The translations under genes and the position numbers were made by a program. The notes beneath the pieces are model-generated. The model was given only the letters and a program-made list of their open reading frames with translations, made no database searches and had not been told where the DNA came from. Below, one piece after another: positions 18,786 to 27,982 of a stretch of 64,000 nt of DNA. Every line of letters begins with the position of its first letter. The stretch's first letter is position 1. Source of the stretch: Candidatus Woesebacteria bacterium (GTDB lineage: Bacteria > Patescibacteriota > Microgenomatia > UBA8517); the NCBI GenBank assembly GCA_016432365.1, contig CP066686.1, forward strand, positions 627,992-691,991, written 5' to 3'.

Positions 18786-20051
18786 ATGATTAACGAATTT
18801 AAACCGCTTTTTACGAGTTCAAAGTTTATGTACCTTTGGTCATCTCAAATATTGTCCCAGATTTCAGTTAATATGATGAATTTTCTGCTTTTAACTAGGC
18901 TTTTTACTGTAACAGGCTCGACGATTGCAACTTCGCTTTTGTGGGTGGCGTTTGCATTGCCGGCAATATTTTTTGGACCAATTGGGGCAGCAAGTGTTGA
19001 TTTGGTTAGTAAACGCAAGATGCTAATGATTACAAATTTGCTCCAAGCGGTAACAGTATTTATGTATATATTTACTCATCAGCAATCTGTGTTTTTACTC
19101 TATGCAGTTGTAGTCTTATATTCACTTTTAAATCAATTTTATGTACCAGCTGAAAGTGCATCTCTTCCTTCGGTAGTTAACAAAAAATATTTTGCTCAAG
19201 CGAACAGTTTGTTTTTTATCACACAACAGGCTGCTTTAGTTGTTGGTTTCGGTCTTGCTGGAGTGGTCCTAAATGTTTTAGGGTTTTCCGGAAGCTTGAT
19301 AGCTTGTAGCCTATTTTTATTCCTGGCGTTTCTGGCAACAGCATTCTTGCCTGAGATGAAATCTAAAATTGGAATTCCTGAGAGTTTTGAAAAGATAATT
19401 ATTGCCTTTTTTAAATCAATTTATGAAGGTTATGAATTTATTAAGGGTAAAAAATCCATACTTTACCCCTTATTTTTTCTTCTTGGGTTACAAGTTGCCC
19501 TTGCCATGATTGTGGTTAACCTGCCCGTTATAGCAACTCAAATACTAGGTGTCTCTGTTTCTTTTGCCGGACTTTTGGTCGTCGTTCCGGCCGGACTAGG
19601 AGCCACTATTGGATCAATATTTACTTCAAAATATCTTAAAAACGGAATTCGAAAGCGGATAGTAATAGAATATAGCTTGGCAGGTTTGGGATTGTCCATT
19701 TTGGCGTTAATCTTTTTAATTTCATACCTCCCAATATTTATCCGGTTAATAGCGGAAATATTTTTTGTTTTTTTTTCAGGGTTTGGATTTGTCGGTACAA
19801 ATATTCCGACTTTAACCCATTTACAGGAGGTGACACCCGAATGGTTGAGGGGCAGGGTATTTGGAAATTTAGGATTTTTAGTTACCATTGCCACGGTTTT
19901 CCCTGTTATCTTTTCGGGTGTTATAACTGATTTCTTTGGGGTAAGAACACTATTTGCCTTGATGGGGCTATCCGTATTTGCCGCATTTGTTTATTTAAAG
20001 AAAAACGGCCAAAATTTAGTTAGTGAAAATTTTTCGAAAATAAAATCATGA
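18786..20051 (+). CDS. MFS-type transporter inserted between gatA and gatB
   Basis: Multi-TM hydrophobic protein; MFS-like two-halves topology. Confidence 0.6.
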   Translation: MINEFKPLFTSSKFMYLWSSQILSQISVNMMNFLLLTRLFTVTGSTIATSLLWVAFALPAIFFGPIGAASVDLVSKRKMLMITNLLQAVTVFMYIFTHQQSVFLLYAVVVLYSLLNQFYVPAESASLPSVVNKKYFAQANSLFFITQQAALVVGFGLAGVVLNVLGFSGSLIACSLFLFLAFLATAFLPEMKSKIGIPESFEKIIIAFFKSIYEGYEFIKGKKSILYPLFFLLGLQVALAMIVVNLPVIATQILGVSVSFAGLLVVVPAGLGATIGSIFTSKYLKNGIRKRIVIEYSLAGLGLSILALIFLISYLPIFIRLIAEIFFVFFSGFGFVGTNIPTLTHLQEVTPEWLRGRVFGNLGFLVTIATVFPVIFSGVITDFFGVRTLFALMGLSVFAAFVYLKKNGQNLVSENFSKIKS

Positions 20052-21370
20052 ACACAAAACTTATTCCGATTATTGGTATGGAAATTCATATCGAACCTAA
20101 TACAAAAAGCAAAATGTTTTGCGCCTGCCCCCAGGATCATTTTGGAAAAGCTCCAAACACTCAGGTTTGTCCGATCTGTTTGGGTTTACCCGGGGCTTTG
20201 CCCTTCGCAAATTATGAAGGGATAGCAAAGACTGTAAAACTCGGACTCGCTCTTGGCAGTAAGATTAGCGAGTTTTCCAAATTTTACAGAAAGAATTATT
20301 TTTACCCCGATTTACCAAAAGGTTTCCAGACATCACAGCTCGACTCGCCTTTCTGCGTTGGTGGAAGCCTGAACGGCTTTGCAATTAATCACATACATCT
20401 TGAAGAAGATGCAGGAAAATTAGTTCACGAAACAATTGACGGCAAAAAATGCTCTCTGGTCGACTTTAACCGTAGCGGTTGCGCGCTTATTGAACTCGTT
20501 ACTGAGCCGGTTTTCCACGATATTCCATCCGTTATTTCATTTGTCAAAGAACTGCAGCTTGTTGCAAGATATATCGATATAAGTGGGGCCGATATGGAGA
20601 AGGGAAGTATGAGACTGGAGGCAAATATATCACTGAGCGAAGAAGAAAAAGTGAAAAGCGGGGAACTTCCTAACTATAAAGTTGAGCTTAAAAATATCAA
20701 TTCATTTAAGTTTTTGGAAAAGGCAGTTTCTGCAGAGATCAAGAGACAGACCGAAGCCATAGAGCGGGGTGAAGTATTGGTTCAGGAAACGAGAGGTTAT
20801 GATGAAGTTAAACAATCCACTTTTTCACAAAGATCAAAAGCAGATGCCCATGACTATAGATATTTTCCGGAAGCGGACTTACCTCCAATCGAACTGACGA
20901 AATCTCAAATTGCAAATATCAAATCACAAATTCCAGAACTACCAGAAAGTAAGAGGAAGAGGTTTGAGGAGGAGTACAAACTTTCGAAAGACTTTGCAGA
21001 TATTTTGGTTTCTGAAAAAGCCAGATCCGATTATTTTGAAGAGGCTGTTAAGCTCGGACAGGGATCCTCTCCGTCGGCAAAGACTGTTGCGGACTTGATG
21101 ATAAATAAAAAACTGGATGAACAATTTCCGGAACCTGCAGGACTTGTTAAAAAGATTGTTGAACTAACTAAAGTTGAATACGCTTCAACGGAAGAAGTTG
21201 AAAACGCCGTGAAAAGTGTTTTAATAGAAAATGAGAAAGCCGTCGCGGATTATAAAGGCGGTAACGGAAACGTGATAGGATTTTTAATTGGTATGACACA
21301 AAAGAAATTGCAAGGAAAAGGTAGCTCGCAGATTGTCCGTGAGAAACTTTTAGAAGGGATACAAAAATGA
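20048..21370 (+). CDS. gatB: Asp/Glu-tRNA amidotransferase subunit B
   Basis: N-terminus IGMEIHIEPNTKSKMFCACP...VCPICLGLPGALP is typical of GatB/GatE. C-terminal GatB/YqeY domain. Confidence 0.85.
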   Translation: MNTKLIPIIGMEIHIEPNTKSKMFCACPQDHFGKAPNTQVCPICLGLPGALPFANYEGIAKTVKLGLALGSKISEFSKFYRKNYFYPDLPKGFQTSQLDSPFCVGGSLNGFAINHIHLEEDAGKLVHETIDGKKCSLVDFNRSGCALIELVTEPVFHDIPSVISFVKELQLVARYIDISGADMEKGSMRLEANISLSEEEKVKSGELPNYKVELKNINSFKFLEKAVSAEIKRQTEAIERGEVLVQETRGYDEVKQSTFSQRSKADAHDYRYFPEADLPPIELTKSQIANIKSQIPELPESKRKRFEEEYKLSKDFADILVSEKARSDYFEEAVKLGQGSSPSAKTVADLMINKKLDEQFPEPAGLVKKIVELTKVEYASTEEVENAVKSVLIENEKAVADYKGGNGNVIGFLIGMTQKKLQGKGSSQIVREKLLEGIQK

Positions 21371-22083
21371 GTGACCGTACTCCTGAGCTACCAGAATACA
21401 CCATCAACGCAGCGGTCAAAGCTAATGAAAAATTGGGGGATGTTAAGGACAGACGACCAGGATTTTGGGGGCTCTTTCAGAAAAAAGTGCATCGATTATC
21501 AACAGATAAAGGTACAGACATTTTAGATACCTACGAGGCGGCAGAATTGTCTGACACAGATATGCTTACAGGTGTTGGGAGTGCTAGAGCTCAAGAAAAA
21601 TTTTTGGCAATGGATGATAGTGCGAGAAGAGAGGCTTCGACGACTCATGATAGGAGAGGTGAAAAGCTGGCACCCCCTGAGAATGGCCTACTTATATATA
21701 TGGACGTTGACGGATTAAAGGACGCCAATCTTAATGGTTACGAAGAAGGCGATAAACTTTTAAAACATGTAGCAAATGCAGCAAAAACAATTGCAAGGAG
21801 GCCTAAAGATGTAATATTTAGACAAGGGGCGGGTGGAGGCGACGAATTCGCGATTTTTTTACCAGGAGATAAATCGAAAGATATGGCAACAATAATAGAA
21901 AGGTTTGAGACAGCACTTAGAGATTTAAGCAATGGAACTGTTACAGCCAGTATGATAGTTGGAGAGTATGGTCGTGGCTCAAGTGCTCGAGAAACTTTAA
22001 TAACACTTGATAAAAGATTGGCGGCGGCTAAAGCAGAAAGGCATAAACGGGGTGCTCACGTCGAAACGATTTATATTAAATAA
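21367..22083 (+). CDS. Stand-alone GGDEF-domain protein (putative diguanylate cyclase), translationally coupled to gatB
   Basis: DMLTGVGSARAQEKFL (equivalent to DxLTGLxNR), RPKD I-site-like motif, RQGAGGGDEF active-site motif. C-terminal TASMIVGEY...LDKRLAAAK matches the GGDEF distal region. Confidence 0.7.
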   Translation: MSDRTPELPEYTINAAVKANEKLGDVKDRRPGFWGLFQKKVHRLSTDKGTDILDTYEAAELSDTDMLTGVGSARAQEKFLAMDDSARREASTTHDRRGEKLAPPENGLLIYMDVDGLKDANLNGYEEGDKLLKHVANAAKTIARRPKDVIFRQGAGGGDEFAIFLPGDKSKDMATIIERFETALRDLSNGTVTASMIVGEYGRGSSARETLITLDKRLAAAKAERHKRGAHVETIYIK

Positions 22084-22088
22084 TTAAA

Positions 22089-25000
22089 ATGTCAAAATTT
22101 GCCCATCTCCATGTTCACACAGAGTATTCACTTCTTGATGGATTAAGCAAAATCAAGAAACTTTTTGCGCATGTTAAAGAACAGGGAATGGAGTCTGTCG
22201 CCATAACAGATCACGGAGTAATGTATGGTGAGGTTGAGTTTTATAAGGAGGGGTTAAAGCAGGGTGTTAAACCGATTTTAGGGATGGAAGGGTACATAAC
22301 TACGGGGGATCTTCATGAAAAAGCGGAAAAAGGTAGGGCTCAAAACTTTCATATTCTACTTTTGGCAAAGAATAATGAGGGTTATAAAAATTTAATGAAA
22401 CTCGCATCCATTGCCCAGGTCGAGGGTTTTTATTATCGGCCTAGGATGGATCATGAAACTTTAAAAAAATATTCAAAAGGTCTAATTTGCACGTCGGGTT
22501 GTCCGCAGGCGGAAATTGGTCAAGCCATAGCTCACGGTGATACAACAACCACAAAAGAACTCGTCGATTTTTATCTGGATACTTTTAAGGATGATTTTTA
22601 TTTTGAAGTCCAGAGACATGAATATACAAAATGGCTAGCGAAAGCCCCCACAGCAGAAATAAAAAGCACCCTCAACGAACTTCAAGAAACTGAAAACAAA
22701 TGGAATGAGGGAATAATAAAACTTAGCAGAGAATATGGAGTCCCACTCGTGGCTACGAACGATGCACATTATATTAAACAAGAAGATGCTATGGCACAAG
22801 ATGCCTTGGTTTGTGTAGCTACGGGTAAAAATATGAGTGAAACAAAACGCTTAAGGTACATAGATGCTCAGACTTTTTATGTGAGAAGTCCGGCCGAAAT
22901 GGCAGCGCTATTTCCCGACTATCCCGATGCGTTGGAAAATACGGTTAAACTTTCCGAAAAGTGCAGCGTTGAAATAACACTTGGAAAATGGTTCTTTCCG
23001 AAATTTCCTTTGCCGGAAGGTGTTACAGCGGATGAACAATTGAGTACTCTTGCTCATGAGGCCCTGAAGGAAAAACTTCCAGATGGGGGTAAGCTGGCAC
23101 TCGAAAGACTTGAACACGAGCTTAACATTATTTCAACCAAAGGTTATTCTCCTTACTTTCTTATTGTGCGCGATTTGGCTAAATGGACACGGGAACATGG
23201 CATTGTTCAAAATACCAGAGGTTCAGCCGCAGGAAGCTTGGTGTCTTACGTTCTGGGTATCACTACAGTGGACCCCCTTAAATATTATTTGCCTTTCGAA
23301 AGATTTTTGAATCCATATAGACCTTCGCCACCGGATATCGATTTTGATGTAGCTGACGATAAACGTGATCAGATTATTGAATATATAACCAAAACTTACG
23401 GCAAAGATAATGTGGCTCAAATTTGCACTTTCGGAAGAATGCTAAGTCGGGCTGCTGTGCGCGATGTGGCACGTGTTTTGGGGTATCCATATAATGTGGG
23501 AGACAAAATTGCAAAACTGATTCCTCCTCCAAAACAGGGTTTTCCGATAACCATTTCTAAGGCTCTTGAAGAAACACCCGAACTTAAAGACTTATACTCA
23601 ACGGACGCTGACACAAAAAAGGTACTTGATTTAGCAATGCAAGTCGAGGGAAGTGCCAGACATGTTTCTGTCCATGCAGCGGGCGTAGTGGTTGCGCCAA
23701 CCAACATAACTGATTTTTCTCCGGTTCAACGCGAGCCGTCTGGTGAAAAAATAATAACACAATACGAAATGCATGCGGCGGAGGAAGTTGGATTAATAAA
23801 ATTCGACATTCTTGGAATTCGAAACTTATCAATTTTGGGTTCGGCAATTGATATTGTGGAAAAAGCGTACGGGAATAGAATCGATCTTCATAAAATTTCG
23901 TTGGAAGATAAAAAAACATTTGAAATGTTAGCCCGGGGGGAAACGATGGGCGTTTTTCAGTTTGCGGGCGGAGGGATGACAAAATATCTTAAAGAGCTTA
24001 AACCTAACCGTGTGGAAGACCTTATGGCAATGGTTGCTTTATACCGTCCGGGTCCCTTGGCGGTTATTCCCGAATATATTAAAAGGAAATCCAATCCAAA
24101 GCTGGTTAAATATTTAGATCCGAGAATGGAAAAATTTTTGGGCGCTAGTTATGGATTGATAGTTTATCAGGATGATTTACTTTTCTGTGCGATAGACTTA
24201 GCAGGATACACATGGGAAGAAGCCGATAAATTTAGAAAAGCAGTGGGAAAGAAAATTCCGGAAGAAATGGCGGCCCAAAAAGATAAATTTGTAAAAGGGA
24301 TTGTAGAAAATGGTCAAACCGCTGAATTTGCTGATGAGCTTTGGAAACTTTTTGAACCTTTTCAGTCTTACGGATTTAATAAGGCCCATGCGGCCTCTTA
24401 TGGTATTGTGGCCTATTATACGGCCTATATGAAGGCCAACTACCCGGTGGAATATATGACTGCACTTCTGACAGCCGAGGCAGCTGATAAAGACAAAATT
24501 TCACTGGCAATTAACGAATGCCGTAGAATGAAAATAAAAGTTTTACCCCCGGACATTAACGAGAGTGATATTGGCTTTACAATTCAGGAAGGAGCAATAA
24601 GATTTGGGCTTTCTGCAGTTAAAAATGTTGGTGGAGTGGCAATAGATATTATTTTGACTGCCAGAAAGGAAGGAAAGTTCGAATCGTTTGCCGACTTTTT
24701 AGGAAGAGTTGATGCCAGAAAAGTTAACAAAAAAGTTCTAGAGAGTTTAATTAAAGTTGGAGCCATGGGAATGTTTGGGGGAAGATCTACCCTTTTGGCA
24801 TCAATTGATAAAATCAGAGAAAAAGTTGCCAAACCTAAAGGTGATGACAATCAACAAGGACTTTTTGCGACAGGTGACCTCAAGAGAACGGAGGCAGCTT
24901 CGGTAATAACGATAGAAAATATCCAAGAGTTTGGAGACGACGAACTGGAGTCCCTCGAGCGGCAACTTTTAGGGTTTTCTTTGACCGCAAAGCCGATTAG

Positions 25001-25574
25001 TGAGCTTGTGGGCCCACTGGAGTTCCAATCAACACATAAAATTTTCGAAATCACTCCTGAAGAATATTTTTCTGATCTTGTAAGGATTGCTGCAGTTATC
25101 AGTGAAGTTAGAGTAATAACGACCAAGAAAACAGGCGCTGAAATGGCTTTTGTTAAAGTGGATGACGGTACAGGACAAATTGATTTGGTAGTTTTCCCAA
25201 AAATATTTAAGTCCACTCGTGATTTTTGGCTCGCCGGGAAACCCTTGCTCGTAGTAGGGAAAGTAGACTTTAGAGACGAAACACCCTCGATTCTTGTGGA
25301 AAGCATAGAGACCTTAAGTAGTTTGAGCGAGAAAAAGCAACGCGAGGTTTTTATCAAGATTCCGGGCAATGCTGATGCTAATTCGCTTAAAAGACTCAAA
25401 GAGCTTTTAACCAACAATCTTGGTGACCAGTCTGCCTATCTTCTTTTTGATGCTACCGGTGGGGGAAAAAGGGTCAAAAAGGTCAAATTACCCTTTCAGA
25501 TATCATGGAACGAGACATTGGCCAAAGGGATAACCGATATACTCGAAACTGCCAAGGTTCAAAGTGTGACTTGA
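22089..25574 (+). CDS. dnaE: DNA polymerase III alpha subunit
   Basis: PHP N-terminus HLHVHTEYSLLDG, polymerase core and OB-fold. Length 1161 aa. Confidence 0.92.
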   Translation: MSKFAHLHVHTEYSLLDGLSKIKKLFAHVKEQGMESVAITDHGVMYGEVEFYKEGLKQGVKPILGMEGYITTGDLHEKAEKGRAQNFHILLLAKNNEGYKNLMKLASIAQVEGFYYRPRMDHETLKKYSKGLICTSGCPQAEIGQAIAHGDTTTTKELVDFYLDTFKDDFYFEVQRHEYTKWLAKAPTAEIKSTLNELQETENKWNEGIIKLSREYGVPLVATNDAHYIKQEDAMAQDALVCVATGKNMSETKRLRYIDAQTFYVRSPAEMAALFPDYPDALENTVKLSEKCSVEITLGKWFFPKFPLPEGVTADEQLSTLAHEALKEKLPDGGKLALERLEHELNIISTKGYSPYFLIVRDLAKWTREHGIVQNTRGSAAGSLVSYVLGITTVDPLKYYLPFERFLNPYRPSPPDIDFDVADDKRDQIIEYITKTYGKDNVAQICTFGRMLSRAAVRDVARVLGYPYNVGDKIAKLIPPPKQGFPITISKALEETPELKDLYSTDADTKKVLDLAMQVEGSARHVSVHAAGVVVAPTNITDFSPVQREPSGEKIITQYEMHAAEEVGLIKFDILGIRNLSILGSAIDIVEKAYGNRIDLHKISLEDKKTFEMLARGETMGVFQFAGGGMTKYLKELKPNRVEDLMAMVALYRPGPLAVIPEYIKRKSNPKLVKYLDPRMEKFLGASYGLIVYQDDLLFCAIDLAGYTWEEADKFRKAVGKKIPEEMAAQKDKFVKGIVENGQTAEFADELWKLFEPFQSYGFNKAHAASYGIVAYYTAYMKANYPVEYMTALLTAEAADKDKISLAINECRRMKIKVLPPDINESDIGFTIQEGAIRFGLSAVKNVGGVAIDIILTARKEGKFESFADFLGRVDARKVNKKVLESLIKVGAMGMFGGRSTLLASIDKIREKVAKPKGDDNQQGLFATGDLKRTEAASVITIENIQEFGDDELESLERQLLGFSLTAKPISELVGPLEFQSTHKIFEITPEEYFSDLVRIAAVISEVRVITTKKTGAEMAFVKVDDGTGQIDLVVFPKIFKSTRDFWLAGKPLLVVGKVDFRDETPSILVESIETLSSLSEKKQREVFIKIPGNADANSLKRLKELLTNNLGDQSAYLLFDATGGGKRVKKVKLPFQISWNETLAKGITDILETAKVQSVT

Positions 25575-25606
25575 GCCTGGGCTTAATTTAATATACAATA
25601 TCGCAT

Positions 25607-25975
25607 ATGGCACTGAAAATTACGCTTAAAGAAGTTGAATTTGGAATCGGGGATAAAATCCGCGTTGTCCAAAAAATCAAAGATGGAGACAAAACGCGTG
25701 AATCCTTTTTTGAGGGTATGGTTATTGCTATTCGGGGAAGAGAGCCGGGAAAGACATTTGTGGTTAGAAAAATGGCCGAAGGAGGAATAGGAGTCGAAAA
25801 GATATTCCCATTAAATTTACCTTCAATTGACCGAATTTTGGTAATCAAAAAAGGCACAGAAGGAGTGCGTCGTGCCAAACTTTACTACACTAGAGAGAAA
25901 GCCCCGACTGAGGTAGAGATGATTTTCAAAAGAGCCGCTGTGCGTGCTAGCATAAAGAGTGGTAAAAACAAGTGA
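25607..25975 (+). CDS. rplS: 50S ribosomal protein L19
   Basis: Characteristic L19 sequence FGIGDKIRVVQKIKDGDKTR..FEGMVIAIRG. Confidence 0.9.
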   Translation: MALKITLKEVEFGIGDKIRVVQKIKDGDKTRESFFEGMVIAIRGREPGKTFVVRKMAEGGIGVEKIFPLNLPSIDRILVIKKGTEGVRRAKLYYTREKAPTEVEMIFKRAAVRASIKSGKNK

Positions 25976-26312
25976 GCTTGGAAATCTTGCTGAAAATTAC
26001 GCAGTAAAACTTCTTGAGTCTAAAGACTACAAAATAATAGACCGTAATTTTCGGTCCCGCTTTGGGGAAATCGACATTGTAGCTATTAATGGACCGACTC
26101 TGGTGTTTGTTGAGGTTAAAGCCAGGTGGTCGCGTAAGTTTGGGGCCCCTGAAGAGGCGGTGACGAAGTCTAAGTTATTTAGAATCCAAAAGACGGGTGA
26201 GTATTATGCATTACTCCATCCGGGCTTGCCCGTTAAACTTAGGATCGATGTTGTGTCCTTGGAAATTGAAGGAAAAACTGTTTCTTCAGCAAAAGTCATT
26301 CAAGTTTATTAA
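25959..26312 (+). CDS. yraN: YraN/UPF0102 family endonuclease-like protein (GTG start overlapping the rplS stop)
   Basis: GEIDIVA...VFVEVKAR motif; conserved rplS-yraN synteny. Confidence 0.7.
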   Translation: MVKTSELGNLAENYAVKLLESKDYKIIDRNFRSRFGEIDIVAINGPTLVFVEVKARWSRKFGAPEEAVTKSKLFRIQKTGEYYALLHPGLPVKLRIDVVSLEIEGKTVSSAKVIQVY

Positions 26313-26359
26313 TCAGTAAGGGCCTTGACTTGTGAGTTACAGACAAGATACATTTAGAT

Positions 26360-26998
26360 ATGTTTACTTTACCCGATCTCCCATATGCATATAGTTCATT
26401 GGAGCCCTTCATTGACGAAGAAACTATGCATGTCCATCATGATAAACATCATGCCTCATATGTTAAGAATTTGAATGATCTTTTGACTGGTCATGAAGAC
26501 TTGTTGAATATGGATGTTAATGACTTACTTGTAGATTTACGGAAAGTTCCGGAAGATATCCGTCAAAAAGTTAAAAACAATGCAGGTGGGGTGGCTAATC
26601 ATAATATGTTCTGGACAATAATGAGCGGAAACCCGACGACAGAGGCAAGAAGCCCGAGTGGAAGTTTGAAGAATGAGATTGAAAAGACATTCGGAAGTTT
26701 TGAAGCATTCCAAGAAAAGTTTTCTGCAATGGCACTAGGGCACTTTGGTAGTGGTTGGGCCTGGGTGGTTGTTAATAAGAGTAAGAATATGAGTTTGGAA
26801 ATCGTGGACACTACGAATCAAGACTCTCCTTTCTCGATCTCCAGTATGTACACACCCATCTTATGTTTAGATGTATGGGAACACGCTTACTATCTTAAAT
26901 ATAAAAATATGCGTGCTGACTATATTGAGGCGTGGTGGAATGTAGTTAATTGGACTGAAGTGGATAAGCGATTCCAATCGGTAGCTTTGAATAAATGA
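26360..26998 (+). CDS. sodA: Fe/Mn superoxide dismutase
   Basis: LPDLPYAYSSLEPFIDEETMHVHHDKHH and DVWEHAYYLKY motifs. Confidence 0.9.
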   Translation: MFTLPDLPYAYSSLEPFIDEETMHVHHDKHHASYVKNLNDLLTGHEDLLNMDVNDLLVDLRKVPEDIRQKVKNNAGGVANHNMFWTIMSGNPTTEARSPSGSLKNEIEKTFGSFEAFQEKFSAMALGHFGSGWAWVVVNKSKNMSLEIVDTTNQDSPFSISSMYTPILCLDVWEHAYYLKYKNMRADYIEAWWNVVNWTEVDKRFQSVALNK

Positions 26999-27010
26999 AA
27001 AATAAAATAC

Positions 27011-27047
27011 TCGCCCCGCGAAGCCCTAAGCGCAGTCGAAGGGGCGA
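27011..27047. other. GC-rich hairpin (TCGCCCC...GGGGCGA) inserted between the sodA stop and a relic alternative sodA 3' end (27051-27114)
   Basis: Inverted repeat read directly. There is no U-run, so it is not a classic terminator. Confidence 0.4.
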
Positions 27048-27050
27048 AGT

Positions 27051-27114
27051 GGGGTGGAATGTTGTTAATTGGAAAGAAGTTGAGAGAAGGTTTGAGGAGG
27101 TGATAGCAAAATGA
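27051..27114 (+). pseudogene. Relic or duplicated sodA C-terminal coding fragment (VGWNVVNWKEVERRFEEVIAK*). It ends in an ATGA overlap with the downstream gene.
   Basis: About 70 percent nucleotide identity with the sodA tail WWNVVNWTEVDKRFQS. In-frame stop TGA at 27112-27114 overlapping the ATG at 27111. Confidence 0.45.
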
Positions 27115-27383
27115 TGTGGAATAACAGTTACGGAAGTTATTGGTACCCTGGTGCCGCTTTTGGTGGTTTAATGGCAGGTTTTTCATTTCTATTGATCCCA
27201 CTCCTTGTTTGGAGTCTTTTTTGGAAAGGTTGGGCACTCTGGAAAGCTGCTAAAAATGACAGCAAGCCTTGGTTTGTTGCGTTGTTATTAATAAATACAA
27301 TGGGGATTTTGGACATTCTGTATATTTACGTCTTTGGTAAAGAGGTTAAAGAAGTCAAAAAATCTTCAAAAAGAAAGAAATAA
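27111..27383 (+). CDS. Small Trp-rich two-TM membrane protein (90 aa)
   Basis: GGAGGTG ribosome-binding site 8 nt upstream, two hydrophobic helices, K-rich tail. Confidence 0.55.
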   Translation: MMWNNSYGSYWYPGAAFGGLMAGFSFLLIPLLVWSLFWKGWALWKAAKNDSKPWFVALLLINTMGILDILYIYVFGKEVKEVKKSSKRKK

Positions 27384-27456
27384 GTAAACATATTGACAAA
27401 GTTTTTAAATCTTTGTAGACTCGTGTTCTGTTCTTTTATTTACTAAGAAACAAAAC

Positions 27457-27541
27457 GCGGGTGCTAGTTTAGTGGCAAAACGTTTGCATATGAGGCATGC
27501 TGATTATGCAAAAATCGAGGGTTCAAATCCCTTCACCCGCT
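27457..27541 (+). tRNA. tRNA-like gene 1 (85 nt). Canonical acceptor, D and T arms, but an aberrant anticodon arm: an 8-bp stem TTTGCATA/TATGCAAA enclosing a 14-nt loop with a GCATGC palindrome. Possibly a Leu(GAG)-like type-II tRNA; identity is uncertain.
   Basis: Acceptor GCGGGTG/CACCCGC, D-arm GTTT-AGTGGCA-AAAC, T-arm GAGGG-TTCAAAT-CCCTT. There are 53 nt between the acceptor and T-stem instead of 41. Confidence 0.5.
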
Positions 27542-27631
27542 TTTGGTGGGCACCGATCAAAAACCCTGTCTGGGACCAGATGGCAACAGTCGAAGATTGT
27601 TGAGCTGATGGGGTGTCCACCATTTTTCACC

Positions 27632-27704
27632 GGCGCCGTGGCCAAGTGGCAAGGCACAGGCTTAAGCAATACCTGGATCCGAGGTTCGAATCCTTGCGGC
27701 GCCT
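27632..27704 (+). tRNA. tRNA-like gene 2 (73 nt). Class-I length, but the anticodon stem is only CAGG/CCTG around a 9-11-nt loop CTTAAGCAATA containing a GCTTAAGC palindrome. No canonical 7-nt loop can be formed.
   Basis: Acceptor GGCGCCG/CGGCGCC is perfect. T-arm CGAGG-TTCGAAT-CCTTG. D-loop AGTGGCA. Confidence 0.5.
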
Positions 27705-27825
27705 TTCGGGAAATAGTGCCCATAAAACCCGACATTTAGCACCAGATGCTGGTGACTGAGTGGAATGCTGAGGTTCAGGAGTGGACATTACTGGACCATT
27801 TAGTAAGTTCTTTAAATTCTTTTGT

Positions 27826-27898
27826 GCGGGTGTAGCTCAGTGGGAGAGCATCTCCTTTTGTAAGGAGAAGGTTGGAGGTTCGAGTCCTCTCACCCGCT
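27826..27898 (+). tRNA. tRNA-like gene 3 (73 nt). Canonical, except for an 8-nt anticodon loop TTTTGTAA (Thr-TGT-like with one extra nucleotide).
   Basis: Acceptor GCGGGTG/CACCCGC, D-arm GCTC-AGTGGGA-GAGC, anticodon stem TCTCC/GGAGA, T-arm GGAGG-TTCGAGT-CCTCT. Confidence 0.55.
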
Positions 27899-27982
27899 TT
27901 TAGTGGGCGCCAGTCGGACTCTTTATCCGTCTTGGTAGACTGATCAGGATCCATGGTCCAAAATTGGTCGTGCCCACTATCT

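Noticed and set aside
27008-27047. Rho-independent terminator directly after sodA
   Set aside because: The hairpin is strong but is not followed by a U-run. It is interpreted instead as part of an inserted segment.
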